DNA of 60,388 nt, from NCBI GenBank assembly GCA_964627075.1, contig CAZVHU010000001.1, forward strand, positions 6,454 to 66,841. Reading direction: 5' to 3'. This DNA comes from an uncultured Enterobacteriaceae bacterium. GTDB lineage: Bacteria > Pseudomonadota > Gammaproteobacteria > Burkholderiales > SG8-39. The notes below the pieces were generated by a model. That model was given only the letters and a program-made list of their open reading frames with translations, had not been told where the DNA came from and made no database searches. Positions 1 through 11,192 of the stretch are shown here, one piece after another. Each line of letters starts with the position of its first letter. Within the stretch, counting starts at the first letter, position 1. A program made the translations under genes and the position numbers.

Positions 1-20
1 ACAGTTTGCTGCTTTTCCCC

Positions 21-91
21 GGGGGGGGGGGGGGGGGGGGGGGCCCGGGGCGGCCCCGGGGCGCGCATCCGGGGGGGGCCCCCCCCCCCCC
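21..91. other. Homopolymer block at the contig edge: G23 (21-43) and G8 followed by C13 (71-91)
   Basis: Read directly. It lies 7 nt upstream of the first ORF. It is probably an assembly, sequencing or tailing artefact. Confidence 0.9.
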
Positions 92-97
92 GCTCCG

Positions 98-511
98 ATG
101 ACCGGGTGTATTTTCTGCAAGATCGTGGCGCGGCAGATCCCGTCCACCGTGGTGCACGAGGACGCGGCCACCCTCGCCTTCATGGACATCGGGCAGGTGA
201 ACCCCGGGCACGTGCTGGTCGCCTGCAAGGCGCACGTCGATAACGTCTATGCGCTCGACGAGGCCCAAGCCGCGGCAGTGTCGCGCGCGGTGCTGCGCGT
301 GGCGCGCGGCATTCGCGATGCCTTCGCGCCCGAGGGCCTGTCGGTCTACCAGGCGAACGGCAAGGCGGCAGGCCAGACGGTGTTCCACTATCACGTCCAT
401 CTCGTGCCGCGCGCCGAGGGCGACGGCATGGCGCTCGCCTGGCCGGTGAAGAACCCGCCGCGCGCGAAGCTCGAGGAGTACGCCGCCCGCATCCGGGCCA
501 AGCTCGGCTGA
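98..511 (+). CDS. HIT (histidine triad) family hydrolase
   Basis: 137 aa. It has the histidine-triad signature HYHVHLVP and an N-terminal CIFCKI motif typical of Hint-like proteins. Confidence 0.85.
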   Translation: MTGCIFCKIVARQIPSTVVHEDAATLAFMDIGQVNPGHVLVACKAHVDNVYALDEAQAAAVSRAVLRVARGIRDAFAPEGLSVYQANGKAAGQTVFHYHVHLVPRAEGDGMALAWPVKNPPRAKLEEYAARIRAKLG

Positions 512-527
512 GCGGCCGCGCGCCCCC

Positions 528-1463
528 TTACCAGGGCGAGGCGCCGAAGGCCTTGCGGTAGCGCGCCTCGATCTCGGCGTGCGAGGGACGGTGGTTCTGC
601 GCGCCGCGGTGCGCGATCTTGATCGCCCCGAGCAGCGCCGCGAGCCGCCCCGTGCGCGGCCATTCCCAGCCGCGCGCGATGCCGTAGAGCAGCCCCGCGC
701 GGTAAGCGTCGCCGCAGCCGGTCGGGTCGGCGAGCGTTTCGGCCTCTACGCAGGGGATTTCGTGGCGCACGCCGTCGGCGTGGATCACCGAGCCCTTCGC
801 GCCCATCGTCTGCACCAGCGCCTTGAGCTCACCCGAAAGGTCCTCCAGGCTGCGGCCGGTCTTTTCCTCGAGCAGCTTGCCCTCGTAGTCGTTCACCGCC
901 ACGTAGTCTGCGAGGCGCACCAGCTCCTCGAGCTCGGCGCGCGAGAACATCGGCAGCCCCTGCCCCGGGTCGAACATGAAAGGGATGCCGTGCGCGGCGC
1001 ACTCGCGCGCGTGCTGCTGCATGCCTTCCTTGCCTGCGGGGCCGATGATCGCCAGGCGCGCGCCGAGTGAGCGGCTGACGTGGTTCGCGTGCGAGTGGTT
1101 CATCGCGCCCGGATGGAACGCCGTGATCTGGTTGTCGTCGAGGTCGGTGGTGATGAACGCCTGCGCGGTGAACTGCCCGGCGATGCGCGCGAGCCCCCCG
1201 GCGCCGATGCCGAGCGCGGCGAGGCGCTCGAGATAGGGCTGGATGTCCTCGCCCACGCTCGCCATGACGATCGGCTCCTCGCCCAGCAGCTTCAGGTTGT
1301 AGGCGATGTTGCCGGCGGTGCCGCCGAACTCGCGGCGCATCTCGGGCGTGAGGAAGCACACGTTGAGGATGTGCAGCTGGTCGGCGAGCAGGTGGTTCCG
1401 GAAGCGGTCCGGAAACACCATGATGGTGTCGTAGGCGATCGAGCCGCTCACCAGGATGGTCAT
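528..1463 (-). CDS. PfkB-family carbohydrate/nucleoside kinase
   Basis: 311 aa. N-terminal ILVSGSIAYD and C-terminal DPTGCGDAYRAG match the ribokinase/PfkB signatures. Confidence 0.85.
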   Translation of the reverse strand: MTILVSGSIAYDTIMVFPDRFRNHLLADQLHILNVCFLTPEMRREFGGTAGNIAYNLKLLGEEPIVMASVGEDIQPYLERLAALGIGAGGLARIAGQFTAQAFITTDLDDNQITAFHPGAMNHSHANHVSRSLGARLAIIGPAGKEGMQQHARECAAHGIPFMFDPGQGLPMFSRAELEELVRLADYVAVNDYEGKLLEEKTGRSLEDLSGELKALVQTMGAKGSVIHADGVRHEIPCVEAETLADPTGCGDAYRAGLLYGIARGWEWPRTGRLAALLGAIKIAHRGAQNHRPSHAEIEARYRKAFGASPW

Positions 1464-1472
1464 GCTTTTCCT

Positions 1473-2264
1473 TCAGGGATAGAAAAGGTACAGGCGGTAG
1501 CCGATCGCCTTGACGCGGCTTGCGTCGAAGCTCAGCCGCAGCACTGCCTCGGTGCCGGGCGCGATGCCCTGCGCGGCGCGCTCCGCGAGCCCGGTCTGCA
1601 GGTACTCGGCGGGCGCGAGCACGCGCCGGACCACGGCCTGGTCGCGCTCGTCGGTGAGCGTGAGCTCGAGCGACGGGTATTCCTGCGGGAACGGCGCGCG
1701 GTTGCGGATCACCGCGTTGAGCACGATCACCCCCGCGCGCCGGCCATCGGTCTGCAGGTCGGAGGTCTCGATGCTCATCAGCTCCGGCCGCCGCGGCAGC
1801 CGCAGCTCGCAACCCAGGCGCGCGCACAGCTGCGCCAGCGGCGCGCGCGCCTCGGGCACGAGCACCGCGATCTCGGTGCGGAAATGCAGCAGCGCCTGCG
1901 CCGCGAGGAGCAATGCGAGCAGCGCGGCGCCCAGGCCCCAAAGCAGCCGATGGCGCGGCGGCTCGGGCTCCTCTTCCACCATGAACTCGGGCAGCAGCTC
2001 GGGCTCGCCCGCGCCGGCCGCGGCATCGAGCCGCGCGCCGGGGGGGATCGAAGCGGTCGCGGCGCGGCGCGCGGCTTCGAACAGCGCGAGCTGCGGCGAG
2101 GGCTCGTGCTCGACCGCCGCCTCGCCCTGCTCCACCAGCCCTGCGAGCCCGTCGAAGACCTGCGCGCACTTGCCGCAGCGGACCCTGCCGCCGCGCGCGC
2201 CGAGTTGCGCCGGCAGCACGCGAAACGCGGTGCCGCAATGCGCGCAGCGCGTGATCAGCGTCAA
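1473..2264 (-). CDS. Zinc-ribbon membrane protein with a DUF3426-like C-terminus
   Basis: The start was trimmed to the TTG at 2264, which overlaps the prmA stop (TTGA). It has the CxxC pairs CAHCG and CGKC, a hydrophobic segment LLWGLGAALLALLLAAQALL, and a beta-rich tail. Confidence 0.6.
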   Translation of the reverse strand: MTLITRCAHCGTAFRVLPAQLGARGGRVRCGKCAQVFDGLAGLVEQGEAAVEHEPSPQLALFEAARRAATASIPPGARLDAAAGAGEPELLPEFMVEEEPEPPRHRLLWGLGAALLALLLAAQALLHFRTEIAVLVPEARAPLAQLCARLGCELRLPRRPELMSIETSDLQTDGRRAGVIVLNAVIRNRAPFPQEYPSLELTLTDERDQAVVRRVLAPAEYLQTGLAERAAQGIAPGTEAVLRLSFDASRVKAIGYRLYLFYP

Positions 2265-3184
2265 CGCCGCCGCCCCTCGATCAACACCCAGCCCTCCTCC
2301 ATGGCACCGGGACCAGGCTCGAAATCGGCCGCGTAGGCCGCGCGCACCTCGGGACCCTGCGCCGCCAGCACGCCGCTCAGCGCGATGCGCCCGCCGCGGC
2401 GCACGCGCGCCGCGAGTGCGGGCTCGAGATCGATCAGGGGCTGGGCGAGGATGTTGGCCACGACGAGGTCGTAGTCTCCGGCGGGCAGCGCGTGCGGCGG
2501 CGCGACGCTCAGCTCGACGCCGTTGGCGCGCGCGTTCGCCGCCGCCGCCTCGAGCGCCTGCGGATCGAGATCCGTCGCGGCGACGCGGCGCGCGCCGAGC
2601 TTGGCGGCGGCGATCGCCAATATACCCGAACCGCACCCGTAGTCGAGCAGCGACTCGCCGCCGCGCAGCGTGCGCGCGAGCCACGCGAGCGCCAGGCGCG
2701 TGGTGGCATGGTGGCCGGTGCCGAAGGCGAGTCCCGGATCGAGCCGCACCACGATCGCCGAGGGGTCCGGCGGCTCGCCGCGCCAGCTCGGCACGATCCA
2801 CAGGCGCGGCGCGACCTGCAGCGGATCGAACTGCGACTGCGTGCGCCGCACCCAGTCCTCGTCGGCGACGCGCTCGGTCCGGAAGCGCGGCGCCGCGGCG
2901 AGCCCCGCGCTGCGCGCGGCCCGCGCGACGAGCGCTGCGGCGTCGGCCTGCGGCGCGGCGAGCGCCACGATGCGCGTGCGCCGCCAGCCCGGCGAGGACT
3001 CCCACCCCTTGCTTGCCGCCCCGGAGCCGGCGCTGCCCGGCTCGGCGAACAGCGCGTGCTCCTCCGGCGTGCCCGCGTCCGCGTCCTCGAGCGCCACGGA
3101 ATCGGCGCCCGCCTCGAGCAGCGCCTCGGTGAGCGCCTCCGCTCCCGGCTGCTCGACCTCGAGCGTGATCGCGAGCCAGGGCAC
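2261..3184 (-). CDS. prmA: Ribosomal protein L11 methyltransferase
   Basis: The start was trimmed to the GTG at 3184, because the longer ORF runs into accC. It has the SAM-binding motif LDYGCGSGILAIAAAKLGA. The accB-accC-prmA order is conserved. Confidence 0.85.
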   Translation of the reverse strand: MPWLAITLEVEQPGAEALTEALLEAGADSVALEDADAGTPEEHALFAEPGSAGSGAASKGWESSPGWRRTRIVALAAPQADAAALVARAARSAGLAAAPRFRTERVADEDWVRRTQSQFDPLQVAPRLWIVPSWRGEPPDPSAIVVRLDPGLAFGTGHHATTRLALAWLARTLRGGESLLDYGCGSGILAIAAAKLGARRVAATDLDPQALEAAAANARANGVELSVAPPHALPAGDYDLVVANILAQPLIDLEPALAARVRRGGRIALSGVLAAQGPEVRAAYAADFEPGPGAMEEGWVLIEGRRR

Positions 3185-3191
3185 GCGGCTA

Positions 3192-4547
<1,356 letters not shown>

Positions 4548-4548
4548 G

Positions 4549-5016
<468 letters not shown>

Positions 5017-5062
5017 GCGGTGATCTCCCCTTGGCGCGGCGCGGGCCGCGCCCCGCCGGGCT

Positions 5063-5545
5063 TCAGGCCCTGGCGCCCGCCTTGCCGCCCTTCAAGCGCT
5101 CGATCGCGAACTGCAGCGCAAGGTCGTAACCCCGGCCCCCCAGCCCCAGGATGCTGCCCACGGCGACCGCGGTGTAGTGCGAGTGCGCACGCCATGGCTC
5201 TCGCGCGTGGATGTTCGACAGGTGAACCTCGATGAACGGGATGCGCACCGCGGTCAGCGCGTCGCGCACCGCGATGCTCGAATAGGTGAAGGCCGCCGGG
5301 TTGAGGATGATGAAGCCGACGCCGTCCCGGCCGGCTTGCTGGATGCGGTCCACCATCGCCCCTTCGTGATTGGTCTGGAAGCACTCCAGGCCGACCCCGG
5401 CCACCTTGGCCGCCTTGGCAAGGCGACCGTTTATCTGCTCCAGGGTCTCACGCCCGTAAAGGTGCGGTTCCCGCGTTCCCAAGAGATTCAGGTTCGGCCC
5501 GTTGAGAACCAAAACCCCCCTACCCCCGGATTTCGGCATTTTCAT
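5063..5545 (-). CDS. aroQ: Type II 3-dehydroquinate dehydratase
   Basis: 160 aa. It has the motifs [14 protein letters not shown] and [12 protein letters not shown]. Confidence 0.92.
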   Translation of the reverse strand: MKMPKSGGRGVLVLNGPNLNLLGTREPHLYGRETLEQINGRLAKAAKVAGVGLECFQTNHEGAMVDRIQQAGRDGVGFIILNPAAFTYSSIAVRDALTAVRIPFIEVHLSNIHAREPWRAHSHYTAVAVGSILGLGGRGYDLALQFAIERLKGGKAGARA

Positions 5546-5622
5546 GATTTTCCCAGAAGAAGACTGCAGTTTAACTCACGCTCGACACATGTTCGCGGCT
5601 GATTGACACCCTATACCAGGGC

Positions 5623-6156
5623 TCAGGCCCGCAGCATCTCGTAGAGCAACCCCTCCAATTCGGCCTGCTTGAGGGCGCCTAGCCTGGATTTACCGGGCTC
5701 CCCCCGGCGGTCGAGGAAGACCGTGTAGGGTAACCCCCCCGCCTTGTTTCCGAGCTGCCGCACAAGGTCCAGCCCTCCGGCATCGGCGACAAGCACGGGG
5801 TAGGTGATTTTCATCGCTTCTGAATATTCGCGTACTTTCTCGGCAAGATCGATGGCGATACCTACGATTTCGACGCCTTTCGGAGCGAATTGTGCCCTCA
5901 CTTCGATCAGCATGGGGATCTCTTCCCGGCAAGGCGGGCACCAGGTCGCCCAGAAGTTGACCACCACGACCTTCCCCTTCCACTCGCCGATGCGCCTTGC
6001 CTTGCCTTGAAGATCGGCGAAAGTCGCCTCGGCGAGCGCTGTCGCACGGCCCTTGGGCGAGCGCTCTAGCAGCAGCGGCCCGGCAAGGAAGCCGGCGGCC
6101 GCCGCGGCGACCGCCACCCCGCCGAGGATCAGGGCTTCGCGCCGCTTGAGCGCCAT
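5623..6156 (-). CDS. TlpA-family periplasmic thiol:disulfide oxidoreductase
   Basis: 177 aa. It has an N-terminal membrane anchor and the thioredoxin motif WATWCPPC. Confidence 0.8.
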   Translation of the reverse strand: MALKRREALILGGVAVAAAAAGFLAGPLLLERSPKGRATALAEATFADLQGKARRIGEWKGKVVVVNFWATWCPPCREEIPMLIEVRAQFAPKGVEIVGIAIDLAEKVREYSEAMKITYPVLVADAGGLDLVRQLGNKAGGLPYTVFLDRRGEPGKSRLGALKQAELEGLLYEMLRA

Positions 6157-6163
6157 CGAGGGG

Positions 6164-6820
6164 TCAGCCGCCGCTCGCCACTTCGGCGTCGAGCAGGGCG
6201 CGCACTTCGGCGATGCCGGCGCGCTCCATCACGCGCCCGGACTGCGAGTGCTTGAGCGCGAGGCGCTCGTCGCGCGGATCGAACACCGACAGCCGCAACG
6301 GGGCCTCGCTCCAGCGCAGCGACAGCACGGCCACGGCGCGCGCGCGGTCCCCGGCATAGCGCCGCCCCTCGGCGGTCGTGTAGTCGATATTGCGGTCGAG
6401 CAGGAAGATCTCGACCTCCTTGGCGCTTTCCGGAAACAGCTGCAGGTCGATCTCGGCGTAGGGACCGGCGGTGCCGGCGAGCACCGCGCCGGTGAGGTAA
6501 GGGTTGAAGCGCTCCAGGGCCCGCATCGCCTCGAGCGCGATCCGGCGCAGGCCGCTCACGCGCTCGGGGTGCTCGCGGCTCTGGTAGAGCGCACGGTAGG
6601 CGTGCAGCTCGGCCTCGATCTCGTCGTTGGCCGGAAGCGCCTCGGTGTCCGCGGCGCCCAGCCCGCGCGCCGCCTTGCGCTTGGCGAGCGCGTAGTCCTC
6701 GATGCCGTCCTCGGCCATGATGCGGGCCGCTGCCGCCGCGATCCTCGCCCGCATGCTGTGCTGCCGCGCGCTCCTGCGGCCCATCGGGAAGACTCCTGCG
6801 TGGTGCTGCGCGCGCATCAT
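6164..6820 (-). CDS. Conserved hypothetical protein with a Pol-beta-like nucleotidyltransferase motif
   Basis: 218 aa. The true start may be an internal Met at MGRRS or MRARI. It has LTGAVLAGTAGPYAEIDL, which resembles the G-x-x-G...D-x-D NTase loop with E in place of the first D. It is divergent from mpl. Confidence 0.5.
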   Translation of the reverse strand: MMRAQHHAGVFPMGRRSARQHSMRARIAAAAARIMAEDGIEDYALAKRKAARGLGAADTEALPANDEIEAELHAYRALYQSREHPERVSGLRRIALEAMRALERFNPYLTGAVLAGTAGPYAEIDLQLFPESAKEVEIFLLDRNIDYTTAEGRRYAGDRARAVAVLSLRWSEAPLRLSVFDPRDERLALKHSQSGRVMERAGIAEVRALLDAEVASGG

Positions 6821-6879
6821 AGCGCAGCGCTTCGCCGTGCCGCGCTCGCGTACAATCGCCCGCTTTTCCGAGGCGGCAC

Positions 6880-8256
6880 GTGCATCTCCACATCCTCGGC
6901 ATCTGCGGTACCTTCATGGGCGGGGTGGCGGCGATCGCCAAGCAGGCCGGGCACCGCGTCACGGGCTGCGACGCCAATGTCTATCCGCCGATGAGCGAGC
7001 AGCTCTCGGCGCTGGGCATCGAGCTGATCGAGGGCTGGGGCGCGGAGCAGCTTCGCCTCCAGCCCGACATCTGGGTTGTCGGCAATGTGGTCACCCGCGG
7101 CAACCCCCTGATGGAGGCGATCCTCGACCGGGGACTGCGCTATGTTTCGGGGCCCCAATGGCTTGCCGAGCACTCGCTCGCTGGTAAGTGGGCGCTAGCT
7201 GTCGCCGGGACCCACGGAAAGACCACGGTTTCTTCCATGCTCGCATGGATCCTGGAGCATGCCGGCCGGCAGCCAGGATTCCTCATCGGAGGTGTGCCGG
7301 CCGATTTCGGAGTCTCCGCCCGCGCCACCGCCGGCGAGTGCTTCGTCATCGAGGCGGACGAGTACGACACGGCCTTCTTCGACAAGCGTTCCAAGTTTCT
7401 CCATTACCGCTCAAAGACCGCGATTCTCAACAATCTGGAGTTCGATCATGCGGACATCTTCTCTGATCTTGCTGACGTCGAGCGGCAATTTCACCACTAC
7501 GTCAGAACGATACCTGCCTCGGGCCGTATCCTCGTCAACGGCCGGGACGAGGCGCTGAAGCGAGTGCTCACCCGCGGCTGCTGGACCCCCTGCGAGTCGT
7601 TCGGGTCGCCCGAGGGGTGGGAAGCCGGAGAGCCGGACGAGGAGGGCGGCTTCGAAGTCGCCTGGCAGGGCAGGGCGGTCGGCCGCGTGCGCTGGGGGCA
7701 CCTTGGCGAGCACAACCGTCTGAACGCGCTCGCCGCGATCGGCGCCGCGCGCCATGCCGGGGTGCCGCCGCAGGAGGCGATCGCGGCGCTCGCCATCTTC
7801 CGCGGAGTGCAGCGGCGCATGCAGCTGCGGGGCAGGGTGCGGGAGGTTGCGCTCTACGACGACTTCGCGCACCACCCGACCGCGATTCGCCGCACACTGG
7901 AAGGCGTGCGCGAGGCCAAGAGACGCGGGCGGATCGTCGCGGTGCTCGAGCCGCGCTCCAACACGATGAAGGCGGGTGCCATGAAGGAGGCGCTGCCGGG
8001 GAGCTTCGCCGCCGCCGACAAGGTCTTCGTCTACAGCGCAGGCCTCGCCTGGGACGCGGCCGCGGTGTTCGCGCCGCTCGGTGCGCGCGCGCGTTGCCTC
8101 GCGGATCTCGACGCGCTGGTGGCCGCGATCGCGGACGAGGCGCGAGCCGGGGATCGGGTGGTGGTGATGTCCAACGGCGCGTTCGGTGGCATCCACGAAA
8201 AGCTGCTCGCGCGGCTGGCGCAGGCGCCGCGCGCGGCTGATCCAGATCAACGATGA
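6880..8256 (+). CDS. mpl: UDP-N-acetylmuramate:L-alanyl-gamma-D-glutamyl-meso-diaminopimelate ligase
   Basis: 458 aa, GTG start. It begins HILGICGTFMGG, has the Mur-ligase P-loop GTHGKTT, and shows Mpl-type length and domain order. Confidence 0.9.
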   Translation: MHLHILGICGTFMGGVAAIAKQAGHRVTGCDANVYPPMSEQLSALGIELIEGWGAEQLRLQPDIWVVGNVVTRGNPLMEAILDRGLRYVSGPQWLAEHSLAGKWALAVAGTHGKTTVSSMLAWILEHAGRQPGFLIGGVPADFGVSARATAGECFVIEADEYDTAFFDKRSKFLHYRSKTAILNNLEFDHADIFSDLADVERQFHHYVRTIPASGRILVNGRDEALKRVLTRGCWTPCESFGSPEGWEAGEPDEEGGFEVAWQGRAVGRVRWGHLGEHNRLNALAAIGAARHAGVPPQEAIAALAIFRGVQRRMQLRGRVREVALYDDFAHHPTAIRRTLEGVREAKRRGRIVAVLEPRSNTMKAGAMKEALPGSFAAADKVFVYSAGLAWDAAAVFAPLGARARCLADLDALVAAIADEARAGDRVVVMSNGAFGGIHEKLLARLAQAPRAADPDQR

Positions 8257-8317
8257 GCCGCGCCGCCTGGGTAGCGTGCGCGGGACGCTTTTGCGAGAGA
8301 ATGCGCGCGTGCATTTC

Positions 8318-8638
8318 ATGCTGCTGATCTTCGTCGTGCTGCTGTGCCTGGTGGTCTGGGGCTTCTTCCATTCCAACCCCGAGGGCATCGCGCGCAGCTC
8401 GCTGCACCTGTGCAACGCCGTGGTGCTGTTGCTCGCGACCGTGCTGGGTATCGCGATCGGGTTGCTCCTCTACGGCGACGCCTCCACGGTGAAGGAGGGC
8501 GAGAAGGGGCTCGCCATGTATCTCGGGATCATGGCCGGCGGCACCGCGTGCCTGATCGTGGTCGCGGTGGGCGGGATGATCCGCAACCTCGTGCTGTTCC
8601 CGCGCTCCAAGCGCGCGCCCGGGCCGACGCAGTCCTGA
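8318..8638 (+). CDS. Small integral membrane protein (hypothetical)
   Basis: The start was trimmed to the ATG at 8318. Three hydrophobic segments are visible (LLIFVVLLCLVVWGFF, NAVVLLLATVLGIAIGLLLY, GIMAGGTACLIVVAVGG). Confidence 0.45.
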   Translation: MLLIFVVLLCLVVWGFFHSNPEGIARSSLHLCNAVVLLLATVLGIAIGLLLYGDASTVKEGEKGLAMYLGIMAGGTACLIVVAVGGMIRNLVLFPRSKRAPGPTQS

Positions 8639-8687
8639 CCCCCGCTTCGAGGGATAATCGCCGCCTTGCGCATCCGGCGCGGCGGCA

Positions 8688-9260
8688 ATGCTCATCTACC
8701 TGCACGGCTTCAACAGCTCGCCTGCGTCGCACAAGGCGATGGTGCTCAAGGCCTACCTCGCCGCGAGGGGCCTGGAGCGCGACTACGCCTGTCCGGCGCT
8801 GCCGCACCGCCCGCGCGAGGCGGTGCGCGCGATCGAGGACGAGATCGCGCGCCACGGCCGCGGCCGCGTCACGCTCGTCGGCAGCTCGCTCGGCGGCTTC
8901 TACGCGACCTGGTTCGCGGAGAAATACGCGCTGCGCGCCGTCCTGATCCAGCCCGCGATCCATCCCCACGTCGGGCTGGAGGCTTTGCTCGGCGAGCAGC
9001 AGAACCTGCACAGCGGCGAGCGCTACCAGCTGACGCGCGAGCACCTCGAGGGCTGGCGCGAGCTGGCGCTCGAGCGCGTCGATCCGGAGCGGTATCTGTT
9101 GTTGCTCGAGACGGGCGACGAGGTGCTCGATTGGCGTGAGGCGGCGCGCAAGTACGAGGGCGCGCGCATGGTGGTGCGCGACGGCGGCGACCATACGCTG
9201 CAGAGCTTTCCCGAGCACCTGCCGCGCATCCTCGCCTTCGCCGGGCTGGCGGCGCGGTGA
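8688..9260 (+). CDS. yqiA: YqiA-type esterase (alpha/beta hydrolase, UPF0227)
   Basis: 190 aa. It begins MLIYLHGFNSSPASHKA and has the nucleophile elbow GSSLGG. Confidence 0.8.
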   Translation: MLIYLHGFNSSPASHKAMVLKAYLAARGLERDYACPALPHRPREAVRAIEDEIARHGRGRVTLVGSSLGGFYATWFAEKYALRAVLIQPAIHPHVGLEALLGEQQNLHSGERYQLTREHLEGWRELALERVDPERYLLLLETGDEVLDWREAARKYEGARMVVRDGGDHTLQSFPEHLPRILAFAGLAAR

Positions 9261-9273
9261 CGCGCGCGCGGGC

Positions 9274-11157
9274 ATGAACCTTCTCTACGAGGAGGAGGGC
9301 GAGCTCAAGGTGGGCGCGGTGCTCGCGCGGAGCCCCGCCTCCTACCAGGTGCAGAGCCCGCACGGCAGGCGCTCCAAGGTGAAGGCGGCGAGCGTGCTGC
9401 TCGCCTTCGAGCGGCCCACGGGCGCCGAGCTGCTCGCGCAGGCGCGCGCCTTCGCCGAAGGGCTGGACGTCGAGTTCCTGTGGCAGTGCTGCGGCAGCGG
9501 CGAGTTCGGCTTCGAGGCGCTCGCGCGCGAGTACGTCGGCCGCGAGCCGGCCGCGGTCGAGTCCGCCGGCGTGCTGCTGAAGCTGCAGTCGGCGCCGGTC
9601 TACTTTCATCGTCGCGGCCGCGGCCGCTTTCAGGCTGCGCCCGAGGACACGCTGCGGCTGGCGCTCGCGGCGGTGGAGAAGCGAAAGCGCGTGGAGGCGC
9701 AGATCGACGCGTGGGCCGAGGCGCTTGCGCGCTCCGAGTGCCCGCGCGAGATCGCGGCGCTCAGGGACGAGCTGCTCTATGCGCCCGATCGCATGAAGCC
9801 GGAGACCAGGGCGTTCGAACGCGCCTGCAAGCAGACGGGCTCGAGCGCCGCGCGCCTGATGCAGCGCTGCGGCGAGCTGCCCGACAGCCACGCCTACCAC
9901 CTGAATCGCTTCCTGCACGAGTTCTTTCCGCGCGGCACGGGTTTTCCGCCGCACCCGCTTCCGGAGGCGGGTGCCGAACTGCCACTCGCGGAGGTCGAGG
10001 CCTTCAGCCTGGACGACATCGGCACCACCGAGATCGACGACGCGTTCTCCGTCACGCGCGTGTCGGAGGACGAGCTGCGCATCGGCATCCACATCGCCGC
10101 GCCAGCGCTCGGCTTCGCGCCGGGCTCGCCGCTGGACGCGATCGCGCGCGAGCGGCTGTCGACCGCCTACATGCCGGGCCGCAAGTTCACCATGCTGCCC
10201 GAGGACGTGATCGAGCGCCTGTCGCTCGACCACGGCAACGACCAGCCCGCGGTGTCCCTGTATCTCGACGTCAGCACGCGCGACCTCGCGGTGCGCGGGC
10301 GCCACAGCCGGCTGGAGCGCGTGCGCATCGGCGCCAACCTGCGCCATGCGACCTATGACGCACTCAACGAAGCCTTTCCTGCGGGCCGAGAAGCTGGGCT
10401 CGCCTACGAGGAGGAGCTGCGCGTGCTGTGGCGGCTCGCACTCGCGCTCGAGCGCTCGCGCGGCAAGCCGAGCGTCGCCGCGGGCATCGCGGACTACAGC
10501 TTCAGGGTGGAGGACGACCGCGTCGCGATCGAGCCGCGCAAGCGTGGCGCGCCGCTCGACAAGCTCGTCTCGGAGCTCATGATCCTCGCCAACACGACCT
10601 GGGGCGAGCTGCTCGCGGAGCGCGGCGTCGCTGCGATCTACCGCGTGCAGTCCACCGGCAAGGTGCAGCTGAGCGTGCACCCGGAGTCGCACCAGGGGCT
10701 GGGCGTGTCCTGCTACGCGTGGCTCACCTCGCCGCTGCGCCGCTACGTGGACCTCGTCAACCAGTGGCAGCTCGCGGCGGCGCTCGCCGGTCGCAGGCCG
10801 CCGTTCGCGCGCACCTCCGAGGCGCTGCTCTCGGCGCTGCGCGCCTTCGAGGTCACCTACGCGCGCTACGACGAGCACCAGCGCGCCATGGAAACCTACT
10901 GGTGCCTGCGCTGGCTGCAGCAGGAGCGCGTCGCCGAGGCCGAGGCCACGGTGCTGCGCGAGAGCCTGGTGCGCTTCGACCGCCTGCCGCTCACCGCGCG
11001 CGTGCCGTCGCTGCCGGACCTGGAGCCCGGCTCGAGGGTGCGGCTCGCCGTCGAGGAGGTCGATCTGATCGAGCGCGCGGTCCGCTGCGCCTGGCGCGCG
11101 ACGCTCGGTCGCGCGGCCGAGCCGCCGTCGGCCGCCGATGGGCAGGGGACGGCCTAA
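9274..11157 (+). CDS. RNB-domain 3'-5' exoribonuclease (RNase II family)
   Basis: The start was trimmed to the ATG at 9274 (MNLLYEEEGELK). It has the RNB motifs TEIDDAFSV and LTSPLRRYVDLVNQ. Confidence 0.85.
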   Translation: MNLLYEEEGELKVGAVLARSPASYQVQSPHGRRSKVKAASVLLAFERPTGAELLAQARAFAEGLDVEFLWQCCGSGEFGFEALAREYVGREPAAVESAGVLLKLQSAPVYFHRRGRGRFQAAPEDTLRLALAAVEKRKRVEAQIDAWAEALARSECPREIAALRDELLYAPDRMKPETRAFERACKQTGSSAARLMQRCGELPDSHAYHLNRFLHEFFPRGTGFPPHPLPEAGAELPLAEVEAFSLDDIGTTEIDDAFSVTRVSEDELRIGIHIAAPALGFAPGSPLDAIARERLSTAYMPGRKFTMLPEDVIERLSLDHGNDQPAVSLYLDVSTRDLAVRGRHSRLERVRIGANLRHATYDALNEAFPAGREAGLAYEEELRVLWRLALALERSRGKPSVAAGIADYSFRVEDDRVAIEPRKRGAPLDKLVSELMILANTTWGELLAERGVAAIYRVQSTGKVQLSVHPESHQGLGVSCYAWLTSPLRRYVDLVNQWQLAAALAGRRPPFARTSEALLSALRAFEVTYARYDEHQRAMETYWCLRWLQQERVAEAEATVLRESLVRFDRLPLTARVPSLPDLEPGSRVRLAVEEVDLIERAVRCAWRATLGRAAEPPSAADGQGTA

Positions 11158-11192
11158 GGGCCTAGAATACGTTTGGTTTCGCAGCTAGTGAG

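Noticed and set aside
21-91. G/C homopolymers as a genuine G-quadruplex or phase-variation element
   Set aside because: Their position at the very edge of the sequence and their extreme length make an artefact the more economical explanation. They are reported as a finding with that caveat rather than as a regulatory feature.
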